Assembly: GCA_965235115.1 (NCBI GenBank)
Contig: OZ249436.1
Span: 48,238,001 to 48,302,000 of the forward strand
Direction: 5' to 3'
Origin: Laetmonice hystrix
Taxonomy: Eukaryota
DNA: 64,000 nt
Of the stretch, positions 14,964 to 28,632 are shown in pieces (the first letter of the stretch is position 1; every line of letters starts with the position of its first letter). Made by a program: the position numbers and the translations under genes. The notes under the pieces are model-generated. The model had not been told where the DNA came from. It ran no database searches and saw only the letters and a list, made by a program, of their open reading frames with translations.

Positions 14964-15260
14964 CTACGAGTCTCTCCCTCCATTGACGGACACACAAAGG
15001 TCAGGGGAGTATTGTTACTAGGAGCCAATCAGCAGCGATTACAGGTGTCCACGGGAGGCTTGACCATCGTGATGGTTGGTAGGGTCAAGTGACCAATATC
15101 TTACGCTGTATCTCCTCCCTTCAGTCGGTCACTCGGCTGTGTACACCCTGTCCACCATGACGACTTGCCACTGTAAAATGGCGACAGTTACGAAAGCTTG
15201 CGATGTTTTAAGAAGGATATTCCAGAGTTAAGCGAGAGAAAAGGTTTCAACTAAACATAT

Positions 15261-17206
15261 GGGCCATTTTCAGCAAAGTGTGCACATTATAAGTAAAAAG
15301 TGTCCATGCCTTTTTTGGTCAACTGCAGCATCATAACATAATTTTTGGGGGAGAAATTAATAAAAAATGACTTTTCCACTAAAAAGAAAATTGTTTTATA
15401 GTTCCTTGCTATACCAAACACAAATGCCAGATATTAACATGGCAAAAATGTCCATACCGTTACCTGGCAAAAGTGGAACCTCCATTACAAAACCTTTGCA
15501 ATGTCGCAATTGGCTTTATTGGTGGAACTATAATCTCTGTTTCCATAATAGCAATTACTTAAGCCTTCACGAAAAGGAATATTTATTACTCTCTTGCGAT
15601 TATTGCATAATTTTGCTGCCATGGATACTTTGGCCGGAGTTTTGAAAGACCCATGTCTTTACCGTTACCATAAACAACAAGCTACAAGATAACTTCACCC
15701 AAACTCAACAGATGGTACTGCTACAGTACACAGAACAAGACCAGGATATAAGGAAGCCATATTGTCTTCAAAGTCAAATTTATGTTTTAAACTGTTGTAA
15801 GAATCTGTCAGGTAAGTTTACGTAATCTATTATGTCTCATTAATTAATCGTCTTTACCGTTACCATCAATAAATGTATGAAAACTCATAGAATCTTTGTA
15901 GCAAACATTTATCAATTAAACAGGTTTTATTGTCCTTATCTGAACAGAAATTTAGGGGGCACATGGCAAAAAGTCATTTTGTAGAATTCAAAAGGTGTCT
16001 TTACCGTTACTGAAATTTGTCTTTACCATTACCTTTCACAGGTAACGGCAGAGACAAGATGGTAACGGTGAAGACATAATTAATATAATCCAGATTTTTT
16101 TTTAACATTGCTGGACTCTGGATCAGTGTATGATCTTGGAAAACACTGGTGGACTGATAAAGGCACATTAACAAAAAATTTCAAGGTCAAAGGGCAAATT
16201 GATTCAGAACTTTAGAATTTAGGTCTTTTCCATGTGCTAAAAATGTTAAATGAGTAGACCAACAGGATTGTTAGAAAGTAATTCTGACTAATTTTCTAGG
16301 CTATGAAAAAGTTTGATTCCACTTATTTGGAGGTTTATCATTATCAAATGCTAAATGATAATTTTTAAAAGTTAGTATTCCCATCTCCAGGTGTAAACAA
16401 CTTATTCATCGTCATTGTATTTCTGAAATTATAAGAAATGTATATTAATATGTTGTAAAAAAAAATTATAACAAAATATAAAATATCACATTGTGTAACT
16501 TTTAAATTTCCTATCTTTTCCAGATTAAAGTTATCCAGGATGCCCTCGTGCCGGTGGTTCAAAACCTAAATCAAAAGCAGAAATGATGAGGGTCATGCAG
16601 GCGATATTATGCCAGTATGCTCCTTCTATTAATTTTTAATCATTCAGGGAGTCCTGTTATGATTATTCCTTTTACCTATTTGTGTTTAAATAAAAACGTT
16701 TTTATAATATTCATGAAGTTAGTAGTTAATATTTTATCCAGGTGATGAGAGTAACGGTAAAGACATGTCTTTACCGTTACTCAGTAACGGTAAAGACATC
16801 TCTTTACCGTTACTGGTTACAGTACATGTTAAGTTTCTTACTGTTTCAATGCAAAGCCTTGGCATCAATCAACTTGACACAGTATTATATTACCTCTAAC
16901 AGGTCAGAATAACCTCATAGTTGTTTCATTTGACCTCCCTTCTAGGCCTACTAAAGTTTGTTAACTTTTCATGGTAACGGTAAAGACACACCTGTCTTTC
17001 CTGTTACTATGGTAACGGTAAAGACATCCGTGTAAAACTTAATTTTCAATCTTTATGAAAAATTTGCAGTTTCCAGTGTTGCAGCTCCGTAGAATCTTAT
17101 ATATCATTGAAAGGAGAGGGATTCACCTGTCTTTGGCCAAAAACAAAATAAGTTTTATTTTTTAATTGTCTTTACCGTTACTGGCACGTTTCTGTGAAAA
17201 TGGCCC
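15261..17206. mobile_element. Non-autonomous DNA transposon, Sola2-like (GGG termini, 4-bp TSD)
   Basis: TIR GGGCCATTTTCA...TGAAAATGGCCC flanked by ATAT on both sides (15257-15260 and 17207-17210). About 14 internal GTCTTTACCGTTAC-like motifs occur in both orientations. Confidence 0.75.
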
Positions 17207-17722
17207 ATATAAACAGTTCAATATTTTTGATATGCAAAGCTTGTAATTCAAGCACTTTTTGATACAGCTGATTTTTACATCCCTTGAGTTGAACACAATA
17301 TGGTTTTAAGAAGTTTCTGGAAAGAACCCTATGAAAACATTTTTAGCGGCCTGATACAAGTCTGACAGATTCCAAAGTTATCTAACTGACTCTGAGCACA
17401 GTCTTAATCTTTTGGGATATATTAGGGCTCGATCAGGACATTTGATTTTGGAGTGTATCAGTCTGGCTATGCCTTCCAGTCACAGACAATGAGACATCAC
17501 ATAGGCATAGCTTAATTGGTAAACATATTCTGGTGAGCACTTCCAGACATACATATTATCGAAGTAGGGCATTCCGGGTACATGTACACGAGTGCAGTCC
17601 ACGTCCTTGTCAATATCATAAATTACATGTTACGGAACATAAAGCAATCACGTCTACATATAATTATCTTGATCATGTCACTGTTACAGCTACCATTCAC
17701 AGTTCCTGTGTGTGGTGAATAT

Positions 17723-18620
17723 TATACCCCCGTCACACTTATTCGGAATCAGCAGGAATCAAGCAGAACCAGCCGGAATGAAGAATTCTCAAAATTCGCG
17801 CCACATTCGGGAGGGAATTTCAAATTGACCAAAATTCTTACAGCTTTGTAAGAATGGCGTTCGAATACTTAGAATGCGCTCCGAACCCGCCTCAAATGAT
17901 TCTTGTACATTCCGGGTGTATTAGCTCGAATGTAGTTGGAACACAGTAGGAATATTTAGAATATTGTTAGAATGCAGTCAGAATATTTAGAATGCACCTC
18001 GAATGCCGTACGAGTGCGGTTCGATTGCTGCCCGAATACCGCCGATGTCTGGTTGGAAGGTGCCTCGAATGCTGTACGAATTCACCTCAAATGCAGTCAG
18101 AATGCTCCCGGAATGGCCGCCGAATATGGTTCGAACGTCCAAAAATTCAAACAGAATGCAGCTCGAATACTTAGAATGCATTTCGAATGTACTTAGAATG
18201 TAACACGAATGTCCGAGTATAGATTCCGGCAGCAATCGAGATGCATTCGAGGTACATTCCGGCTCATTCGAGGCCCATTCGGGACATTCTGGCAGGATTT
18301 GAAGTGGCTTGCCGTTTCGATTCTCCCTCGAATGCGATCAGAACGTTTCGAATGCTGTTGGAATGCCGTAAGAATATTTAGAATGCAGTCAGAGTGCATT
18401 TAGAATATACTTCGAATGCCGTTCGATATTTTTCCCCTTCGAATGCACCTCGAAAGTTTTGAGCATGAGCAAAACATTCGGGCCGGCCACAAGAATGGGC
18501 CCGAATATTTGGAATGCAGTCAGAACTTTTAGAATGCACTTCAAATATCCAGGAATATACCAAGAATTTTCATTCCGACAGCATTCTGTCTCATTCCGCC
18601 TCTAGTGTGACTAGGGTATA
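17723..18620. mobile_element. MITE/non-autonomous DNA transposon with GAAT/ATTC-rich interior
   Basis: Termini TATACCCCCGTCACACT ... AGTGTGACTAGGGTATA. The interior is built from GAATGC/TTCGAA motifs. Confidence 0.75.
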
Positions 18621-19615
18621 AGTTCAACTGGCAGAGAATCAACTCAACATCACTTGATGCTTGTTCTATTCAAGGACTATACTGTAATTGGGGCTCCGCT
18701 GTCTCTATTTAATTATGAATTGAGCGTTTCCCCACAAATACCACCGATTGTCTGGTAACCCTTCTTACTGCAGCCAGCTGGCAGTGAGGCACACCACAGT
18801 CAAGCTCCTGTATGTGGTACAGTGGTTGATGGTAATAGGTTTTACTTAGCGTATGTACATCAGGCAACAGTAGGTCAGTCACATGACCCGGGTTCATCTC
18901 TCTCACAGTACATGTCCTCCCCTGTCATATTAAAGCACCTCGATCTCAGTATGAGAGCAGCACCACGTACAGTGGGTTTGTGGGGGTTTAATCTACCACC
19001 ACCACCACCATAGGCACCACCACAGGCACCACCTGGGTCCACGTGCACTGGGCCACTGGGTTCTCAGTGTTTGGGACAGCACCAAACGTCACGTCCAGCT
19101 GTTCACGTAACCGTATACCGGTAATAACAGGGTCTACAGTCTACACCTCAAGGGAATAGGAGTCCTCACAGTGGGTCATGTACACTCTCATAACTATTAT
19201 TCTCTCATACGACCTGACAATATTGATAGAAACCAGCACTCGGGATGGGGAACCTGGGGGATACAGGAGTGGTTTGGGGGGTCATGAATAATGACATTAG
19301 ACCCGATCCGATCTTTTGATCCGATTTCTTTTTTTCAAACTTTTCCTGCTATGCTTCCTTCAGGGAGGGCGACACACAAGTGATCGAATGACTTCTCAAA
19401 TTTTAACTTTTAGGGGAGGGCAGGAGAAGTTGTCTATGGATTACTCCAGGCGGTCTGTACATGTTTAAAGTGGCAACCGGCTTAAGTTAAGAAATACTCC
19501 ACTTTTCAAAGTCCCGATAGGCATCCGTAGTACACAACAAACCAACATTTAAAGTTCATTTAGGCCTACCTTTAGGTAGTACCAACGAGTACCCAGATTT
19601 AGCCTTGTAGGGCAG

Positions 19616-20655
19616 TAGCGGCCGCACAGAAGCGTTGGTAGTGCTATCAATACCACTAACACCGCTGGTAGAAAATTTTGGGCGCACAGAATCCTGTTGA
19701 TAGTCCAACCCCAATCAGTGGTGATAGACTAACAGTTAAAGACCGCACAGAAGCGTTGATAGACTATCAAAAGCATCCACTATCAGCGCTGATTTATCAA
19801 CTCACTATAGGTGCCCGGGGGCACCTTTAGTGTCTTGATAACACTGAATTGGGAGTGAATCTCGACCTGAGTCAGTCTTAAAGTAGTGTTTGTACCCTTA
19901 ACATGTGGCATGCCGAAGCTGATGTCTGTTTATGGGTGATGGCCATATATGGAGAGGCAAAGATACAAGCCATATCAGCAACTCCTATGGCATTCACTTC
20001 AGTTGCTATTTCCAGAACCATATATTCTTGGGATGCTCCGAGAAATTGCTTATCACCGAAATTTCTGCTTCAGAATAATTTAGAGCGCAAGGTTTCGTCG
20101 ACTTTTCTATTACAAATCTAGTAGCCTAGGTGTACGTTCACTGCAAGTGCGGACTGGTGAATGGCACCTAATTTCAAAGAGGTCTGTCTTACCCCAAATA
20201 GGGTTGTTTTCATGAAAGGGTAATACGTTGTGGATGCAAATTATCAAAGGATTGACCATCTATCTCCCCTGTTTATACTTCCTTACTGTTTTATGGTATC
20301 ACAGATGAAAGAATTGAGCGAATGGTGTTTATGGTGTTTGGTGTACACCTGACACTTTCAATTAAAACAAAGATAGTACTGTAATTTGTAATCTAGCATG
20401 CACCGGAACAGTGGGGTGGTGCTGGTGTGTGTGCTCCACGTGCACTTGTTTACAGTCTGTAGAGGGAATTCCCTCACTATAAATAGACAGACACATCTTT
20501 ATAATATGCAAATAACCCTATCAACAGTTAGCCCTATCAGCATGATAGAGCCTGTTCTGTGCGCTTATTTCTTAGGTGTTGATAGTGCCTATTTTGATAG
20601 TGTCTTGATAGGACTATCAAAGCCTCCACTATCGACACCTTCTGTGCGGCCGCTA
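19616..20655. mobile_element. Non-autonomous DNA transposon, Academ-like (TAG...CTA, 3-bp TSD)
   Basis: Perfect 17-bp TIR TAGCGGCCGCACAGAAG / CTTCTGTGCGGCCGCTA. CAG lies directly outside both ends (19613-19615 and 20656-20658). Subterminal GCACAGAA..GTTGATAG repeats. Confidence 0.8.
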
Positions 20656-22329
20656 CAGGCCTTTATCAATTACTGACAGTTGCCAATTAAGGCCAGGCCA
20701 CCCCTGCCACCACCGGCCGTCGTGACCAGGAGGAGGACCCGGACCTGATTCTATTTTTAGTCACCAGTGGCGGGCATCCCCGTTCTCCGTTCAGCCGGGG
20801 TGTGAGACAGCCTACGGTGGCCGAAAAGTACAAAATGTCCTCCCGGTGTGACCTCGTAAGTTGCGACTGGTTGTGTGACTTGACACGCTTTCCCTTCTGC
20901 ACTTCTGCGCGACCGTAGCTTGCCACGGCTCGGTTCAGCACCACAGGCCTGCCCGCCTAGTTACCGGCCTCAGTCGCGGAAGTCGCTCTGACCCCATGGT
21001 CCCCCCACGAAATGATTGAGATGGGGAAACCCCAATGACTCAGCGTCAGGGGACGAGTACGCAACACCCACAGCTGTTCAAGAAGCTGTCATGATGATTT
21101 TCCACACCCAAATCAAACGGGTGTGACCTCCCACAGCAACACACCCCCGTGGTCTCGGCGCCGACACCTCTGGAAGATCTGTTCCCTGTTAGAGCGGAAT
21201 AGGGCGAATGATTTGACATTTCAAACCTTCATAAGATGTTTTCTTTTAAAGGTGACAAACGATTTCGTGCCTGAAATGGGGAAGTGAGAATTTCCCCCAC
21301 CTGGGGGAGACGCCACTTCCTCTCCCATATAATACTATAAGGGTTTCCTGCTCGCAGACCCCTTTTGGGGAGAGACCATAGGTAAAAAAAAAAGTACTCA
21401 ACTTTCGTTCAAATGAATACCCTTATAGGCTACCCAAACTTGGCCAAAGGTTCCAAAGTCTTTTTGTTCAAATCCTGCAGGAGACCCTGACTCTGGTAGG
21501 GCCTGTTGCGGTCACAGTGGAGTGGATATACCCCGACTTGCCTGGTGACTGGACTCTGTTCACCGAAACCAGAACATCGTCTTGACAGGTTGGTGGTGAT
21601 ATCACCAAAGCCTTCGTTCATGTCAGGCAAGTGCCTGGACACATTACATCATGTCTGAAGATAGCTACCCCTATAACTTATGTGTTAGCTACTTGACAGG
21701 GAAAAAGGGGTAAGTCGTGCTCAGTAATACAAGTCATGAACTGAAGGATCACGCCAGGATGTCAACTGTGCATGGGATGGACTAAGCTAGGGCGGATCCA
21801 CATATTGGCGGGGGGGGGGGGGGGTGTGTTGTCATTTTAATATTTAATTCCAATATTTCTGTCTTCTTTTCTAATATAGTTGGCCTCTGTTGAATCCTGT
21901 TTCCCCTTTCTCCAGTTGTCCACCTTTTTGCTGACTTTCCCTCCCGAACCCTCCTTCTAGACTTGATAAAAGCTTGTCTCACCCCTGCATACTTATTACG
22001 TGGCCTGCAACTTTATAAATTTTCTTTAATTCTAATTAGAATCTTCAGGCACTTTCTGTAACATAGAGCAGCCGTAAAATTCATAAGGTTCCATCCCTTT
22101 AATAACCGGTTGGTAAGAAAAACTTATCCATTGGCAATATTTACAGATATATCTGCCTGAGCAGAAACTGAATCCCTTCCAGGTGTCGGTCGTATGGTTT
22201 GGTCTGGCTAACAGCTCCTAACAAATCACAGCTCCCCAGTCACTATTGATATCATGACATCCATGGCCTCCCTGGTTCCATGTCTACCGACAGCAGCTGT
22301 CTCCTTGGATAATGAGAACGCCCCGAGTT

Positions 22330-23487
22330 CTTCACCAGCTGCTCCCTACAGCTTCCCGAACCACCACGACCAGTTTCACCAGCTGCTCCCCACAGCATCC
22401 CAGACCACCACGACCAGTTTCACCAGCTGCTCCCCACAGCATCCCGGACCACCACGACCAGTTTCACCAGCTGCTCCCCACAGCATCCCGGACCACCACG
22501 ACCAGTTTCACCAGCTGCTCCCCACAGCATCCCGGACCACCACGACCAGTTTCACCAGCTGCTCCCCACAGCATCCCAGACCACCACGACCAGTTTCACC
22601 AGCTGCTCCCCACAGCATCCACGACCAGTTTCACCAGCTGCTCTCCACAGCATCCCGGACCACCACGACCAGTCTCACCAGCTGCTCCCCACAGCATCCC
22701 AGACCACCACGACCAGTTTCACCAGCTGCTCCCCACAGCATCCCGGACCACCACCACCAGTCTCACCAGCTGCTCCCCACAGCATCCCGGACCACCACGA
22801 CCAGTTTCACCAGCTGCTCCCCACAGCATCCCGGACCACCACGACCAGTTTCACCAGCTGCTCCCCACAGCATCCCGGACCACCACGACCAGTTTCACCA
22901 GCTGCTCCCCACAGCATCCCAGACCACCACGACCAGTTTCACCAGCTGCTCCCCACAGCATCCCAGACCACCACGACCAGTTTCACCAGCTGCTCCCCAC
23001 AGCATCCCGGACCACCATGACCAGTTTCACCAGCTGCTCCCCACAACATCCCGGACCACCACGACCAGTTTCACCAGCTGCTCCCCACAGCATCCCAGAC
23101 CACCACGACCAGTTTCACCAGCTGCTCCCCACAACATCCCGGACCACCACGACCAGTTTCACCAGCTGCTCCCCACAGCATCCCAGACCACCACGACCAG
23201 TTTCACCAGCTGCTCCCCACAGCATCCCGGACCACCACGACCAGTTTCACCAGCTGCTCCCCACAGCATCCCAGACCACCACGACCAGTTTCACCAGCTG
23301 CTCCCCACAGCATCCCGGACCACCACGACCAGTTTCACCAGCTGCTCCCCACAGCATCCCAGACCACCACGACCAGTTTCACCAGCTGCTCCCCACAGCA
23401 TCCACGACCAGTTTCACCAGCTGCTCCCCACAGCATCCTAGACCACCACGACCAGTTTCACCAGCTGCTCCCCACAGCATCCCGGAC
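22330..23487. repeat. 44-bp minisatellite, about 26 copies
   Basis: Unit accagtttcaccagctgctccccacagcatcccrgaccaccacg, with two units shortened by an internal deletion. It explains the 395-aa and 412-aa low-complexity ORFs. Confidence 0.97.
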
Positions 23488-23899
23488 AGTTTCCAACGCC
23501 ACCTCCCTCCCTCCCAACTCTGTAAATTGAGCAACAGCCACACATGTTGAGGTTCTGTCATCAATGAAATACTGCTGGTCTCGGGTTCTCTGTATACAGA
23601 TTATTAATGTTCTTAAGACTGAGAAAATGCTAACCCAGTCACATTTTAAAAGTGTATCCAGGAGTTGCCATAATTTGTCATATCGTGAGCATGGTCGCAA
23701 AACATCTTCAGACATAAATGACACTAGATATTATGTTCTCTCATGAGTTTGAATACAGGTAAATACAATATAGAAACATTTTACAGTTGGATTTATTGGA
23801 AAGTCTATAGATCTACAGTGACATAATATCATGCAGGGCCTTTATTTGGCTGCCAGGGTGACACGGCCACAGAAACTTTGTATCCACTAGTGTTATCCA

Positions 23900-24088
23900 G
23901 AGCTGAGAGGTTTTAATTATAATACTGCCCTTCATCTATCGACAAGAGTAGGGGTTCGCCCTGGTGTGTGGGTTTCTTCATATCATCTCATTATCACAAT
24001 GGATTTCGACTGAGTTAGTTACCCTGTTCTCGCCCTAATATAGCTGAAATACTGCTGACTGGCTGATAGACACAACTACTCACTCACT
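23900..24088 (+). mobile_element. SINE 3' fragment (Nin/Deu-like central motif plus LINE-like tail)
   Basis: AAGAGTAGGGGTTCGCCCTGGTGT core motif. The tail cgccctaatatagctgaaatactgctga...ACTACTCACTCACT ends identically to the LINE at 11998-13079. Confidence 0.6.
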
Positions 24089-26612
24089 AATATGTACTGC
24101 CGTTTCCAGAGTTGAGAGGAACATGCTAGGAGTTATAATAAATTTGTGATTTTCTACTTCATGTAATGGACAACAATCAAGAAATTGATGATGTGGCACT
24201 TTAGTTTCCATGACAACTGGCGCCATGTACAGTGGACTTCTATGAATACTGAATCTGCAGTGACTGTATATTTTGTATGATATCATATGGCCTCACTAAT
24301 ACCTTAACAAGACATTTAATCCCGTCTTTCTTCTCTTACTTTGGTTGAATGTTCCCTGCATGTGTCCTTCATAACTGTCATATAAGATGTTATTCTCAAG
24401 AATCACTGCAATCATGTATGCAGACAAAACTTGCAGGCCACTGAACTTCAGCCAATGTACATACGTGGACCCAATGAGTGCTTGATTGTACACCTCGTTA
24501 GGTTGAAAATTGCATGTCAGCATGATTTGCTAAAAAACGTATTTGTAATGAAATTTTCAATAATTAGTCAGTATCATACTATTTGTTGATAACCCCCATT
24601 CCCTTCAACAAAGCATTCAGTATTACAGGTCTGTAACCATGATGTACAAACAACACCTCCAGCTACACTGGCCTCAAGTAATCCACCCAATAATGTCATA
24701 CGTACCTGAAAAAATAGACGGCTGTCAGCCACCTAATCTCTAGTTAAACTTGATGATCATATTGATCAGTCAAGTCCTGCTTTCGGGCAGTACTTCTAAG
24801 ATTTTCCCAGCATATATCTCTGTACATAATCTACAAGGGCTCTTCTCTATCGTCAATCCATTTCCACACAAGGAGGTTGCAAGGTCCAGCACTGCTTGAA
24901 GCCTTGAAATAAAACTTGGGCTTTAAACTGATCACCGGACACGGGGCAATAGTCCTAGATCACTACCTTAAAATCCAAATCAGGATAAACTGACAGACCG
25001 AAAATGACTGTGCCTGCTAAGTTATGTGCCCCACCAAATATTCGTCTGAATGAGCCTCTGGTTTGAGAATTCCAGATAAGTAAGAAAACTAAATTTATGT
25101 TCACCTTAGCATACATTTTAAGGACTTTTTTTTAGATTTTTCATAATTTCTTAGCGTTATGTCCACCTTAAGTAGCAAATGAGAAAAACCAGGACATATG
25201 AGTATTATTATGACACAGAACTTTGCATCAGTTTAAATCTGAATCTTTGTGGGCATGGAAGAAGAAATTTTCATGGACAAGGCAGGGGTGGCTGATTTTT
25301 CAAATTGATCACTTGCCACAGGACAAGTGGATTACAAAATTCTACTTGCTCAGCTCTGACATCCACACGCCCTCCATATTTATCATTAAGTCTATGTTGG
25401 GTCAGAGCACTAGCCATCAGGCTATTGTTTTAATTTGGTCTGTTGGACCAACCCACCATTCTATCAACTGGGCGTTACGAATCAGCCATCCTTGCAAGGT
25501 GATAATTATGATAATGACTCAGCAGAGATACTCGTTATCTCAAGGAACTCTGGGCACTAGTAGTAGTAATCACGCTTTTAGGAAACAAGCCTCCCACAGA
25601 TCTAATTCCAGTGGGGTTTCTCCCAATAACTATATCAGATGTATTCCTTCTACACATTTTGTTTCTGCATAAATATATCTTGACAAAGCTCTATTTGAAA
25701 AGATCACATGACAATATTCAGGTCAGCCTAAACTTACTGATCAATACACAAATGTTAATCACAGTATCAGTAAATTTTTACTGACATTTCTCCCAGAAGC
25801 TCAGGTATGTTCCTTTATTCATGCACCTTTTCATCCTTGACACTGTTTTACCTCAGTAAGTCTATATTTGCCCATGATAGTCACACATTCAGAGCTAGCC
25901 AGGTCCTTTGCTACAAATGAACGTGTTCTGTTTACATTTTCCCTTGAGAACTGGTTGCAGAGTGTATGATGGGAGTTTATTACGTCAACTCAATGTTCAA
26001 ACAAGGCAACTTCTCAACCTAGACCACACGCGAATGGCATGGCCATGGGGTATTCCCCGTAGACCTATCGGCAAGCATGTTGCATAAAATACTATGCCCC
26101 ATACAGAGTACAGACTGAATCTTCAAAGAACTGCAACAAACGACTTCTAAAACAGAGGGAGATCCATGGTTTTTATGGTGACAACATTGAGAATGGCAGC
26201 ATTTACGGCAAGTTCTTGGACTCAAGACAGCTGACAATCCCAGGGTTACCGGGTTTACTGCAGTACAATTCATTGTCCTCGCCAGATACGTCAGACATCT
26301 TCAGCACCCGATGCAGCGATGGCAGCGATTGCTAGGAACTTGCCTATTTTTGACGTACCGAGGTATACAGTATTACTATAGGTTGTCTGACCAGAGAACA
26401 TTGTTTTAACTGGTTGAAACAGGGCAATTAAACACACATGTCGTGTATTATGGTGACGTGTGTCATGATGTGTAATATAAGCCTAGTAATGGATGTTGAC
26501 AATAACACTCAACTGCTCTTGCTTCTCTACTCCCAATACCCTATGAACCTCCATAATGAACAGTCCCCACCCACCCCAACAACACCCCACCTGGACTTCC
26601 CCCAAAACACAC

Positions 26613-27750
26613 TACTACAGTGTGGCACCTCAAATTGGGACCCAAAAACTTAGTTTTTGATACCTCATTTGATTAAAAGTATGCTCGCGGTGTGCATAGT
26701 TGGTCAATCGGGACAGGAATGGTGACAAATGAAAGTAGAGATTCCAGGCTATGAGCTAGTATAGAAATTAGACAGATTACGTATAATTTACATTTCTTTC
26801 GAGCTATGGAAACCATAGAAACCTGTTATGAAAACTTCCAAAAACGTGTGACCTTTCCGTGTTTGGCAGGCTGCCACGCAAAATCTGTCGCGACGACCTA
26901 TACAAAATAGTACCCAGAATTATTCCCCACATCGTAAGGTCTCCATAGATGTCTTCCTTTTAGCGAGACTCCTTATAGTTATGAATACAGTGAGCTTTGT
27001 TTGAAAATTTCAAAAGTGCCCAAAACTTGATAATGACGTTAAATATCACAACAGAAAGCCAGGTTCCAAGCTAAGCTATGTCGGATCAGGGGCCTACGGT
27101 GATGTTTAAACAGGTAAATTATAATGCTATAATATTCTGAGAATTTTTACTGACCTTTTAAGGTTCTGCTTATGTAGTATTTGAATGCATCTTTCGATAA
27201 AACGAGAGCTAGACAGCAAAAGAGTGCAGTCTACGTTAGATCTAGCCTTCTGTTCAAGACTGCACCGCACGTCATGTCTATGACGTCACAGGCACAGTTG
27301 ACTTAACGAGGCACGCATTGTCTGTTTGCCAGTGTAACATTGTAATATTATGTATCAAAATACGTAGTTAACTATACTATGATGTCACAAGTGACAATGA
27401 AAGCACAAACAGATTGAACCCAGGCTATAAAATTGTAGCCAATGCAGATAACGAGGACGTTGTCGCCGGCCAGTCTCTGGCCCAGGCGATGACAACGAAC
27501 GTGTTGATAGCTCCACAAGCACAAGACACCCGGCCAGGACAGGCTTTTGAGCAGCAGCGCTCTAAAATAATACTGTTTATAACTATAAAATAAGGATTGA
27601 TTTTCATGACATTCAGGTTTACATTAATATTAACACTGACTCTTCAGACTATCATCAACTAGAACAATATATATCACTTTCTGAAGTATCAAGTGGGGGT
27701 TGAACTGGATGCCCTCCCAAGGTCCCAACTTACGGTGCCGATCTATAGTA
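26613..27750. mobile_element. Old non-autonomous DNA transposon with imperfect 30-bp TIRs
   Basis: Left end tactacagtgtggcacctcaaattgggacc pairs with right end ggtcccaacttacggtgccgatctatagta (27721-27750), with several mismatches. Confidence 0.6.
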
Positions 27751-27932
27751 CTACTACTAGTTACCATTTGTTGTAATCCCTCTGCTGACCTACTTTCTAC
27801 CGACCATGTTATGACAACCAAAGACATGACCTGGCGTGTGTTCTGACAAAGACAACACGCTTTAACTACAGACTGACACCGTGTGACTCACTGACTGTGA
27901 AATGAATCGGTGTAGTAAAATGGGGAACTCAC

Positions 27933-28397
27933 CAGTTGAAATTCTCTCCGTCTGTCGAAGGCGGTTCGAATGCCTGTGTCCTGCCATAATGCTGCAAGGG
28001 CGGGCACGTAATCGTGGAACATTAAATCATCCACCTTCATCGTAGTGTCACAAGTAAAAACTTTGCTCGCATACGGACCATTAGACTCATCGCCCCACTG
28101 AATATTCAATTTGTCCCTGGCATCAACCAGTACTTTCATACCCTTCAATACATTGCTGTAAATAATGGACTTGAAACTCAGCAACTCCTCTTCCTCATAA
28201 TCATTCCCATGTATGATTCGCATCTGTTTCAAAAAGGTACTTTTCCCACTTTCTCCGGATCCAAGTAAGAGGATCTTCTGTGTCCGTTGATATTGTAGTT
28301 TTTCCCTGGCCAGTTGTTTGTCAATTTCTCTACTCCGAACCCTTGCTAACTTTTCCTCTTCTGACAGACAACACACAAGCCAGTCCAACGCCGCCAT
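27933..28397 (-). CDS. GNA12/13: Heterotrimeric G protein alpha subunit, G12/13 class (concertina-like), coding exon 1 (155 codons)
   Basis: Translation MAALDWLVCC...KILLLGSGESGKSTFLKQMRIIHG...LVDARDKLNIQW...RRREFQL contains the G1 P-loop and G12/13-type helical-domain motifs. It ends at a phase-0 donor CTG|GTGAGT (plus-strand actcac 27927-27932). Confidence 0.95.
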
Positions 28398-28632
28398 CTT
28401 GACAAACTGTGAGTCTACCCCGCCCGCCTACGTCATTAATGAAAACTTCCGGTATCCCCAAGATATTTTTAGACCATACAGATCCACTTTCCTGTAAGCA
28501 GTAGAAAGGGAAAATATGAATTTTCAATTCAAAATTTGTTAGAAAGCACAGAGCAATTTCAAAATAAAAAAATGTAATAAAATGTAGCTGGCCATCCACA
28601 TCCGACTCCCGTGAGGCTCTCACATAATCAAG
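28398..28632. promoter_or_regulatory. Compact bidirectional promoter shared by G-alpha 12/13 and the oligopeptidase A-like gene
   Basis: Divergent ATGs at 28397 (-) and 28633 (+). Both lie in YY1-type AAGATGGC motifs. An ETS-type CCGGAAGT (minus strand, about 28445-28452) and a TACGTCA CRE-like site (about 28429-28435) lie between them. Confidence 0.7.

Noticed and set aside
17750..18600. Heat-shock-element cluster or coding ORFs in the GAA/TTC-rich stretch
   Set aside because: Spacing mostly does not fit nGAAnnTTCn arrays, and the region is the interior of a TIR-bounded MITE.
22254..23550. 395-aa and 412-aa Pro/Thr/His-rich ORFs
   Set aside because: Produced by a 44-bp unit (not a multiple of 3) with no plus-strand stops, so the same peptide cycles through all frames.
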